A DNA stretch of 64,000 bases from a virus: IMG/VR virus record IMGVR_UViG_3300025122_000012, positions 12,207 to 76,206 of that record; one strand, written 5' to 3'. Every line of letters begins with the position of its first letter. Positions within the stretch are counted from its first letter, which is position 1. The notes beneath the pieces are model-generated. The model worked only from the letters and a program-made list of their open reading frames with translations, was not told the DNA's origin and made no database searches. Positions 56,798-64,000 of the stretch are shown one piece after another. The translations under genes were made by a program, and so were the position numbers.

Positions 56798-57045
56798 TAT
56801 CTCTCACTCCTATAAGCATACTCTTGAGCAACCGCCGCAATTCGCGCTAGCTGTTCCTTCGCCTTGTCGTGTTCTACGGTGCCTGGTTCATTATTTTGCT
56901 TCTGCCGGAGGAGATGAATCATTACCTTCTCAAGCTGTTTTAAGGAATCAGCTAGCTGTTGGTAGCCTTTCATTCGTTGATAAGAAGATCTAATAGATTC
57001 TTGAATCTCTTCCTGTATAAGGGTATAAAGCTGTGTTTTATTCAT
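56797..57045 (-). CDS. Hypothetical protein with tag variant (start 57045)
   Basis: MNKTQLYTLIQEEIQE. Confidence 0.65.
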   Translation of the reverse strand: MNKTQLYTLIQEEIQESIRSSYQRMKGYQQLADSLKQLEKVMIHLLRQKQNNEPGTVEHDKAKEQLARIAAVAQEYAYRSER

Positions 57046-57424
57046 TCGCACTATCAGGTCTCCAGCCGGCAAGCCATCTATCCTCTCTTCCTTCCACCCA
57101 GGATATATAACAAGTCCGACAACACTCAAACTTAGTCATATATAAATCATCCCGCGGATGAAAAGAATATGTTGAACACACAGGACACGTCCTATTATGA
57201 TCTCTAGTAAGTAGTTTTTTATTTATTAAAAATCCGTCTTGTTCTACTTTGTCTTTTGTTTCGGCGATCTTAGAAAATTTCCGCTGTTCCTCTTGGGACT
57301 GGGAGATGTATTCCCTCTCTCGGGTTTCATCCCAAGCGCTTCGAGGATTGTTAATAGTTTCGGGGCCATACTTTTGAGTGATGGCCCGCTCTAATTTGGC
57401 GATGTAGTCTTGGTCTTTAGGCAT
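57038..57424 (-). CDS. Hypothetical Zn-finger protein (start 57424)
   Basis: CPVC...CCRTC. Confidence 0.7.
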   Translation of the reverse strand: MPKDQDYIAKLERAITQKYGPETINNPRSAWDETREREYISQSQEEQRKFSKIAETKDKVEQDGFLINKKLLTRDHNRTCPVCSTYSFHPRDDLYMTKFECCRTCYISWVEGREDRWLAGWRPDSANE

Positions 57425-57701
57425 CTGATAGCGCGGGGTCATCGTTGGCCGCAGCGGCGCGTTCGGCGGCAGTCAGGTAGTCGGGCTGCGAAAAGAATGA
57501 GTCTACGAGGCCCTCAATAGTCGCCGGCATCGTCGTCGACGATCCCTCTATGAGGCGAGACTGTTCTTTGGCAACTATACGGTTTCTAACTTTTTCCATT
57601 TTGACGTTGGCCACATTTTGGATCCACTCTGTGGGATCGACAATCCCTTCTTCTAGGATTTGCCATTCTAAGTCTTCAAACTCCAAAGTGATTGTTTTCA
57701 T
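57417..57701 (-). CDS. Small acidic protein, possible partner/chaperone of the C1q protein
   Basis: 94 aa, SD AGGAGA, directly downstream of the C1q gene. Confidence 0.6.
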   Translation of the reverse strand: MKTITLEFEDLEWQILEEGIVDPTEWIQNVANVKMEKVRNRIVAKEQSRLIEGSSTTMPATIEGLVDSFFSQPDYLTAAERAAAANDDPALSDA

Positions 57702-57710
57702 AATTTTCTC

Positions 57711-58559
57711 CTAAGAAACTTTTATTATTTGTATGCGAGTATATAAAGCGGTGGAGGAACCATAGATTAGAGTGCCACCGTCGGCGGTGGTGTTCTGGAC
57801 CTGGACATAGGCCGTGTCGCCGCTGTCCATGGCGGCAAGCCACGTGCCACATACCTGATAATAATTCATCTCTGTGTCCCACGATCCAGGGTTTATGCGG
57901 CCAGCATATTGAGTGAAAGTGTCGGCAGCGCTGCGAGTTGTAATTAATTTAAGCATGACATAGCCGTCCGTGGCCGGCACCCCTGCGAGCATCACCTCTG
58001 TCGATATTAAATACTTACCAGCTGCTGGTGCTGTAAATACCCCTGTGCTCGTATTATAATCGCCACCCACATCAAATACAGTGTCCTCGGCAGAGGAGTC
58101 ATCATTAAAAATAACAGTTTCCCAATCTGCGTCTGGGGTAAGATCCTGAGTCGCATTCCTGAAAGCGTAAACTGCAGGTTGGCGTAAGGTCGTGGTCGGG
58201 CCGTCGCCGTAGATGATGAAGAGGTCTTGCCCGGTACCGTCTCCGTCGGCGTCGCCGTACCAAAAGTTTAGCGACGCGTCGTCTTCGGATCCCTCCGCAG
58301 CGGAATCGGCATATAGGGTCCAGTCCCAAGAATTTCCATATGGCCCACTAGTGTCTGCTGTGTTGGTGAACGACAGTCGCGCGCCTGAATCTTGGTCTTC
58401 GTGTATAAGAAGGTTAGCATCGGTTGAGGTACCGTTATAAGACAAATGAGTCGCGCCGGCATAGAGAGTTCCACTGACGACGAGGTCATCTTCAAACTCA
58501 AGATTGTCCGATAAAAATCTAAGTAAACGCCCTCTTGAGTTGGCCTGTGAGAAACTCAT
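57711..58559 (-). CDS. C1q/TNF-like domain protein (fibre tip-like)
   Basis: FDVGGDYNTSTGVFTAPAAGKYL, MDSGDTAYVQV. Confidence 0.8.
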   Translation of the reverse strand: MSFSQANSRGRLLRFLSDNLEFEDDLVVSGTLYAGATHLSYNGTSTDANLLIHEDQDSGARLSFTNTADTSGPYGNSWDWTLYADSAAEGSEDDASLNFWYGDADGDGTGQDLFIIYGDGPTTTLRQPAVYAFRNATQDLTPDADWETVIFNDDSSAEDTVFDVGGDYNTSTGVFTAPAAGKYLISTEVMLAGVPATDGYVMLKLITTRSAADTFTQYAGRINPGSWDTEMNYYQVCGTWLAAMDSGDTAYVQVQNTTADGGTLIYGSSTALYTRIQIIKVS

Positions 58560-59014
58560 TTAACTATCTCAGTTGACAGTGCAAAAATTCCTAAAGAGGT
58601 GAGGGTACCAATACCAAATCCCAGAGCCACCAAAAATGGGTCCTTGCCAGGCTTTTGTGTCAGCACCAAGTCCATCAACCGATCGTTCTCGGCAACCTTA
58701 AGAATCATCATCGACTCGTACTTATCCTTCCACGCGTGAATCTCAATATCTTTGTAGTCTAATAGCAGCTGAAACCTTTCCTCTTGCATATGGAGTTCAT
58801 AGCCAATGCGGAGGTCGCACTCGGCATCTTCAAATTTCTTCTCGACAACAATTTTTGCAGCGGCATCTAATGAAAGCAAAACCCCATCAAAAGGAGCAAC
58901 CTCCCCGGCCTTTATGGGCACCAGATCATAGTCAGGCTCAGCATCCTCAGCCCAAACGAGCGCAGGACACATTAGAAATATCATCAAGTAAAGTGACAGT
59001 ATCTTTTTAAACAT
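58556..59014 (-). CDS. Exported membrane-anchored protein, spanin-like
   Basis: Signal peptide ending LVWA, coiled coil, C-terminal hydrophobic helix. Confidence 0.5.
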   Translation of the reverse strand: MFKKILSLYLMIFLMCPALVWAEDAEPDYDLVPIKAGEVAPFDGVLLSLDAAAKIVVEKKFEDAECDLRIGYELHMQEERFQLLLDYKDIEIHAWKDKYESMMILKVAENDRLMDLVLTQKPGKDPFLVALGFGIGTLTSLGIFALSTEIVK

Positions 59015-59424
59015 TATTTCAACCCAAACGCTTCGGCCAACTCTCTAGCTAGCTTCTCTGGATCATTATAACTCTCATCCACGAGTCTTTTAAGCTCGGC
59101 TTCTTTTCTTTTATCAAGGGTTTCCCCTCTTTTGGCAAACTCTTCCTCAAGTTCTGCGCGACGCTTTTCGTGTTCTTTAAGTCTTGCATTCTTTGCGGCA
59201 ATCTCAGCATCATGAATGTTGCCAAGAGTTTCCATCTCCGCATCGTGCGCGGATCGCTTCGAATCTAATACATCTAAAAGAGTCGCTATATGTGCGCCAT
59301 TTTTGGTGAGCAAATAAATGAGCCCTGTCACGATGAGCGCGAGCCCCAAGACAAGAGCCCACCAAAACTTTTTAGCCCAGAGCCATGCTTTTTTTGCACC
59401 GGTTCTAAATTTTATCCAGGTCAT
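59014..59424 (-). CDS. i-spanin-like membrane protein
   Basis: N-terminal TM helix followed by a charged coiled coil. Confidence 0.55.
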   Translation of the reverse strand: MTWIKFRTGAKKAWLWAKKFWWALVLGLALIVTGLIYLLTKNGAHIATLLDVLDSKRSAHDAEMETLGNIHDAEIAAKNARLKEHEKRRAELEEEFAKRGETLDKRKEAELKRLVDESYNDPEKLARELAEAFGLK

Positions 59425-59609
59425 TATTTGTAGCCCTTAAGCTTCGCGACTGCATCGATGATAGTCTGACCACCAATATAAACTGTAGTAATGATTACCC
59501 AATCGCTGGACGTCAAGTCAGAAAATAGTAACAAGCTCGTGGCCGTTGTCCATGCTAGCAGCTTTCTAGATACTAGCTTCTGTAGTCCTTTGTCTATAAT
59601 ATGTCTCAT
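59424..59609 (-). CDS. Holin-like small membrane protein (start 59609)
   Basis: SRKLLAW, two TM segments, YIGGQ; SD AAGGAG. Confidence 0.6.
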   Translation of the reverse strand: MRHIIDKGLQKLVSRKLLAWTTATSLLLFSDLTSSDWVIITTVYIGGQTIIDAVAKLKGYK

Positions 59610-59625
59610 GCTGTGCTCCTTTATA

Positions 59626-59633
59626 CTAATTAG
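59626..59633. promoter_or_regulatory. Palindromic CTAATTAG, candidate bidirectional late promoter
   Basis: Lies in the 39-bp gap between divergent genes, each with its own SD. Confidence 0.55.
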
Positions 59634-59648
59634 AAAGGAATCAGATGT

Positions 59649-60344
59649 ATGTCTAAACAACTTAAATACAGACTCAAAAAAACTCTTAAAAATGCAGAAT
59701 TTGTGCACGCTGACTTAGAGTACCATCAGGAACTGTCTGGGGACGCAGTTCGCGAATTTCAAGAAGAGGTCTCTAAATTGCTGGCCAAGCTTTCAGTAGA
59801 GGACAAACAAAGAGTGCACGACCATATGGCACAGCAGCAAACGCCTAATCGCCAAGCCGAAGCAGCAGGACCTTCACTTGGGGATCTTCCGGAAAATGCT
59901 GACGTTGCCGCGGCTATCACGGAAGGAATCCCCCCCGAAGAGGCGACGGAGAAGGCTCCCAAATCAAATAAGGCTAGAAACCTAAAAAAAATATTTCGGC
60001 GCATTGCAGAAAAAACCCATCCTGATAAATTAAGTGCAAGAGGCCTATCAGGCGCCGAAGGCCTTCGGCTGGGAAAACTATTCCTTCGTGCCAGCGAGGC
60101 CCACAATAATCAAAACTGGTATACTCTTTATTCCATCGCCCTAGGTCTAGGTATCTCTTTGGAGGATCCCGATGAAGAACAGGTAGACTGGATCGAAGAA
60201 GACATTAAAAAAACTTTAGCTAAGATTGCCGCCTTGGCCAATCTTACGGCGTGGCATTGGTATACGGGGGACGAAGACGCGAGGGGGCGCGCTCTCAAGC
60301 ATTATTTTTTACAGGTGCACGGATTCGATCATCCCGAGCTATAA
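59649..60344 (+). CDS. J-domain (DnaJ-like) co-chaperone
   Basis: LKKIFRRIAEKTHPDK...LFLRASEA; SD AAGGA; fills the gap between minus-strand genes. Confidence 0.82.
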   Translation: MSKQLKYRLKKTLKNAEFVHADLEYHQELSGDAVREFQEEVSKLLAKLSVEDKQRVHDHMAQQQTPNRQAEAAGPSLGDLPENADVAAAITEGIPPEEATEKAPKSNKARNLKKIFRRIAEKTHPDKLSARGLSGAEGLRLGKLFLRASEAHNNQNWYTLYSIALGLGISLEDPDEEQVDWIEEDIKKTLAKIAALANLTAWHWYTGDEDARGRALKHYFLQVHGFDHPEL

Positions 60345-60345
60345 G

Positions 60346-63300
60346 CTATTGTTTTACTTTAGCGAAATCGCCAGTCTTATCAATGACAATTTCTACATCA
60401 ACAATATCTTTTAACGAATCCACGTGAGAAATCAAAATCACGGTCTTAAAATACATCTTGATAAGCTGAAGGATTCGAATGAAGCCCTCCATATTCTCTG
60501 CATCCAGAGCTGTGCCGGGTTCGTCAAGTATAAATATATTTCCTTTAGGAAGAGACGATACCGATAATAGCGCCAAACGAATTGCCATTGCGGCCACTGT
60601 TTTCTCGGCGCCGGAGCCCATTTCAATGGGGCGTGGATCGTGCTTGGGGTGCTTAATCAGGATATCAAGCTTGCGGCCGTCCTCTTGAAAGGACACATCA
60701 AAATCTACAATATTCGCGAGCACCTTTGCTACTTCTGAATTGATAACTGGGAGTCTCTTCTTAATGATATCGTAAGCAATCCCGTTAGAGTGGGTGCATC
60801 GGAGAAACAAATCATAGGCCGCATACTCCTCTCGTATTTCATCTAGCTCTAGCTTTTTTTCTTTTAGATCCTCAACCTTTTGTTCCATCGAGCCAAGTTG
60901 TCTGTGGTGGAAATTAATCGAGTCTTCAACCTCGATGATTTCCCCTCTGATATCTTTTGTTTTTCTTTCTACGTCGTCGCGGGAATTAATAAGGCTTTCA
61001 ATATTCTTAATCAAATCTTTTTTCTCTTCGTACAAATCAATCTTCCCGGTTGTCGTACGAAGGGCATCGCGAAAACTCTTAATCTTTGCGTACAACTTCT
61101 CAATAGAGACCTTATTGTCGCGCTTTTCAATCTCGATGTTATTCTTTTTAATGATAGTATCGTTGTAGCGCTCAATAAATTCAATCATTTCAAAGGAATT
61201 CACTGAGACTGTCATATTTTTATATTCTTTGGCTTCTTCAATCTTATCAACAATCTCTACTTCTAGAGAAGGCAACTCCACAGCAGCCAAGTGAGCGTCA
61301 CGAATAAACTGACAAGTGGGGTACTTGTCGCTGCACGGCACCTCATCCAACAAATCTAGTTTTTTGCTCAGGGATTTATAGTCGTTATCCAGGAGCCGGG
61401 CCTTGTTGAGGGTATCTTCATATTTCTGCTTGAACTCATCAAACTCCTGCTTTTGAGCCAAAAGGTCCTCAATATCAATGGTGGTTAAAAAATCGTCGTA
61501 CTCTTTTAGTTTCGTATCATACCCGGCATTCTCTTCCTTAAGCTCTACAATATTAATATCCGTATTTTCAATTTTCTTTTCTAGGGAGGAGCGATTTTCC
61601 AATAGATTTTTGATATCAAGGCGTTCCGCAGGAATAGAATCAATCTGTACTGTAAGTGCTGCATATTCCTTTTCTGTTAAAATCAAATTTTCTCTTAACT
61701 GGTCGCAGGCAGTAACTTCGTTATTTAGTGCCTTGTGGGCTTCCATGTGCTGTACCTCAGCTAACGCTATATCATTACTATAATCGGTGTCGCCGACGCG
61801 CCGAATGATTGCTTTTAGATCGGCGCCTTCATCGGCGGCCAGCTTAAACTTCTTCTCAAAAATGTCTAAATCCAAGAACTTAGCGAGAATTTCTTTACGA
61901 CGAGTAGACCCCTCCTTAATAAATGATAAACTATCGAGTTGACTGGACATTGAAGTCAATAAGAAGTCTTCTGCTGTACCAAAACGCTTACGAATATAGG
62001 CGTCTGTCTCGTTGCGAGTAGTACCGTTGAGGCTCGTTTCTTCTCCTACTACTGGATCGAGGCCGCTAAAATTAAGGTTTGTGCGGGCCTCATTGGTGAC
62101 CTCGCCTTTTAGTTTCTTCACATATTTCTCTGACGTTCTTTCAATCGTATAAGTCTTCTCACCTACTTGAAGCTCTACTCGCCCCCTACAATCTTTCTTG
62201 TTCTGGTTAATAATATTATAATTCTTGCGCTCGTTCTTGGAGGTTGTATTAAACATTGTATAAAGTAGGCCGTCAATAATGCTCGACTTGCCTGAAAAAT
62301 TCTTTCCAAAAACGCCCACGATGCCGTTGAGATTTGCAAAGTTAATGCTGTTTCCTTCTCCATAGTTAAAAAGGTTGTCCCATTCAAACCGGTTCAGACT
62401 CCAATTTACATTGCGTGCAACCTCTTCAGTCTCCTCAATCTTAGAATTATATTTGCGGTTGAGTTCAAACACGCGCTCCAGCATTTCCTCGCTGGGCCGG
62501 TAATCCACTAGATACTCACGAATAAGATTCTCCTGCACTCCTTTGTCGCGCAGGTTCTCTACTTTGAAGCCCGCGCCGATTTCAACGGTGCCGCGATCCC
62601 CGGCGGCTCGATTAAGAAACGTGATGCTCTCAGGGTCGAAGCGATGCTTCGCAACTTCAACAGCCTTGCGCATAACGTCAAGCGGCAAATTGTTGTTACT
62701 CACAAGCCGGAGGCGAGCGCCGGGTGGAATCTTAGTCCCTCGCGGCATTCGCCCCTTTGGCGTGAGTTCGATTGTTACGAACGGCTTGGGGTTAAGCAGA
62801 ACATGGTGACTCACACAAAATGTGTCTTTGTCTTCAATTTCCCAAATCAAAAATCCCTTGTCGTTTGTCTCACCGTGATTCTGTTGAACGGTTGATCCGG
62901 GATACCTCACGCGGCCCTCGTCATCAAGAACCTGATTGGTCTTGTGAATATCTCCAAGCATCGCAAAATCGTGACCACCAAAAATACTCACATCGTGATC
63001 ACCGTGAGTCATCACCCAACCGGTGTCGGTTTTAACTCCCGACACAGAGCCGTGATAAAGTGCGATGTTAATTCTTTCAGGGTCACTCGGCGCTACCCAA
63101 TTCTCCTCATCAAAAACCGAGAGCACGTTGAAGGCGATGTGCGGTCCTACAAGGACTTCTCCTGCGTTCTTAAGCAGATGTAAGTCAGGCAGGTTTAAAG
63201 CCTTTACAATGGGCGACAGCGCGTCCTGACGAGTGCTGTTCTTTAGGTTGCCGTCGTGGTTGCCTAGGATGATGTAAGTGGGAGCAATGGACGCCAGATT

Positions 63301-63498
63301 TGAGAAAAAGTCGGAGCAAAGCTCAACGAACTCTGGCGAAATCTGTGTTTTAGTGTGAGCGATATCGCCGCAATGTACAATGTAGTCTACGTTTTCTTTT
63401 CGTAGTGTTTCGTATAATTGCTCGAAAACAATCTTATACTCGTAATGAAACTTTAAATTTTTTATATGCGTGTCCGCAAGATGCGCGATTTTGTACAC
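60346..63498 (-). CDS. SbcD(Mre11)-SbcC(Rad50) fusion nuclease-ATPase
   Basis: DTH, GD, GNHD, GDIH phosphoesterase motifs; GKNFSGKSS, coiled coil, SGAE, ILDEP, ISH. Confidence 0.92.
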   Translation of the reverse strand: MYKIAHLADTHIKNLKFHYEYKIVFEQLYETLRKENVDYIVHCGDIAHTKTQISPEFVELCSDFFSNLASIAPTYIILGNHDGNLKNSTRQDALSPIVKALNLPDLHLLKNAGEVLVGPHIAFNVLSVFDEENWVAPSDPERINIALYHGSVSGVKTDTGWVMTHGDHDVSIFGGHDFAMLGDIHKTNQVLDDEGRVRYPGSTVQQNHGETNDKGFLIWEIEDKDTFCVSHHVLLNPKPFVTIELTPKGRMPRGTKIPPGARLRLVSNNNLPLDVMRKAVEVAKHRFDPESITFLNRAAGDRGTVEIGAGFKVENLRDKGVQENLIREYLVDYRPSEEMLERVFELNRKYNSKIEETEEVARNVNWSLNRFEWDNLFNYGEGNSINFANLNGIVGVFGKNFSGKSSIIDGLLYTMFNTTSKNERKNYNIINQNKKDCRGRVELQVGEKTYTIERTSEKYVKKLKGEVTNEARTNLNFSGLDPVVGEETSLNGTTRNETDAYIRKRFGTAEDFLLTSMSSQLDSLSFIKEGSTRRKEILAKFLDLDIFEKKFKLAADEGADLKAIIRRVGDTDYSNDIALAEVQHMEAHKALNNEVTACDQLRENLILTEKEYAALTVQIDSIPAERLDIKNLLENRSSLEKKIENTDINIVELKEENAGYDTKLKEYDDFLTTIDIEDLLAQKQEFDEFKQKYEDTLNKARLLDNDYKSLSKKLDLLDEVPCSDKYPTCQFIRDAHLAAVELPSLEVEIVDKIEEAKEYKNMTVSVNSFEMIEFIERYNDTIIKKNNIEIEKRDNKVSIEKLYAKIKSFRDALRTTTGKIDLYEEKKDLIKNIESLINSRDDVERKTKDIRGEIIEVEDSINFHHRQLGSMEQKVEDLKEKKLELDEIREEYAAYDLFLRCTHSNGIAYDIIKKRLPVINSEVAKVLANIVDFDVSFQEDGRKLDILIKHPKHDPRPIEMGSGAEKTVAAMAIRLALLSVSSLPKGNIFILDEPGTALDAENMEGFIRILQLIKMYFKTVILISHVDSLKDIVDVEIVIDKTGDFAKVKQ

Positions 63499-63524
63499 GT
63501 AGTAATCCCCTAGGCTATGATACT

Positions 63525-63552
63525 AGTATACAGGATGGGGAGGTGGTGTCAA
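63525..63552 (-). promoter_or_regulatory. sigma70-type promoter
   Basis: TTGACA-16-TATACT. Confidence 0.6.
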
Positions 63553-63561
63553 GCGTTATTT

Positions 63562-63921
63562 TTATTTATCCCTATATTCAGGCGCCCAAGGTCCGGTTGA
63601 TGTGAGCCGGGGACCTTCGTCTGGGGCGGAACTTAGGATTTCCTCTATAGCATTACGGATGTCGCGGGGGCTCAACCCGTCTTCTAGCGCGGCGGTGGCG
63701 GCGGTGGTGAGATTCATCTTAGCTGCCTCCCATTGCCTCCCAGCCTCACGTGGGCTATTAAGCGATGTTTCCTCTGCTGGGTCTCCCAATCCGGCGTCGC
63801 GGTCGGCATACTTCCTGTCGGCCCGCGTCTCGTTCTCGTCATCATACCAGTCGCTCTCGCGAACTGTGGAAAGCTCTTCCTTGATAATCTCTTTGAGCCT
63901 TGTTTTGCTTATTTTCATCAT
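63562..63921 (-). CDS. Acidic protein with N-terminal KxxLKEIIKEEL tag
   Basis: MMKISKTRLKEIIKEEL; SD AGGAGGT. Confidence 0.78.
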   Translation of the reverse strand: MMKISKTRLKEIIKEELSTVRESDWYDDENETRADRKYADRDAGLGDPAEETSLNSPREAGRQWEAAKMNLTTAATAALEDGLSPRDIRNAIEEILSSAPDEGPRLTSTGPWAPEYRDK

Positions 63922-64000
63922 CTATCTTACCTCCTAAAGTGGCTAGAGCCGCGGGGCTTTGTCCAATCTTCTGTCTCAGATTCGTGCGCGACAGGATAGA

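Noticed and set aside
41885-58559. Diversity-generating retroelement suggested by repeats and the C1q domain
   Set aside because: No reverse transcriptase in the window, and the 50528/50699 repeat differences are synonymous rather than adenine-specific
539-63999. Many plus-strand and nested ORFs in the track
   Set aside because: They are antisense or alternate-frame shadows of well-supported minus-strand genes with no motifs; only 59649-60344 is accepted on the plus strand
1-64000. Genome-wide stop codon reassignment
   Set aside because: Genes are intact under the standard code; TGA, TAG and TAA all end genes at tight junctions
1-64000. tRNA or rRNA genes
   Set aside because: No cloverleaf or T-loop signature noticed in the short intergenic gaps; tRNAscan was not run

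Overview
This 64-kb window comes from a large tailed dsDNA phage with T4-like contractile-tail morphogenesis genes. All but one of the genes I accept lie on the minus strand. About 1-19.5 kb is a DNA metabolism module: dUTPase, a putative restriction endonuclease plus N4C/N6A methyltransferase, DnaE, GroES, HNH endonuclease, class II RNR, DnaB, 5'-3' exonuclease, Zn deaminase, RecA, Hc1-like protein, gp32-like SSB, a divergent tubulin/FtsZ, a MazG-like protein and a compact family A polymerase. About 19.5-59.6 kb is the virion module: baseplate, tape measure, tail chaperone, tube, sheath, neck, MCP, scaffold, Ser/Gly-rich fibres, bS21, prohead protease, portal, terminase, a C1q protein and a lysis-like trio. 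The window ends with a plus-strand J-domain gene and an SbcD-SbcC fusion. Signals read directly from the sequence: (1) two promoter classes, sigma70-type (several apparently leaderless) before replication genes and CTA(T/A)TTA before structural genes, including one palindromic bidirectional copy; (2) otherwise unrelated proteins sharing short terminal tags that look like capsid-loading/protease-cleavage addresses, including a recently duplicated 21-aa tag cassette; (3) a probable +1 (or -2) frameshift extension of the tail chaperone; (4) a twice-repeated RNA hairpin with compensatory changes; (5) a neck protein fused to a long repeat fibre, and pervasive (S/T)-(G/A)-(S/T) motifs in virion proteins; (6) several small ORFs missing from the ORF track. 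All product calls come from motif recognition by eye; no database search was run.
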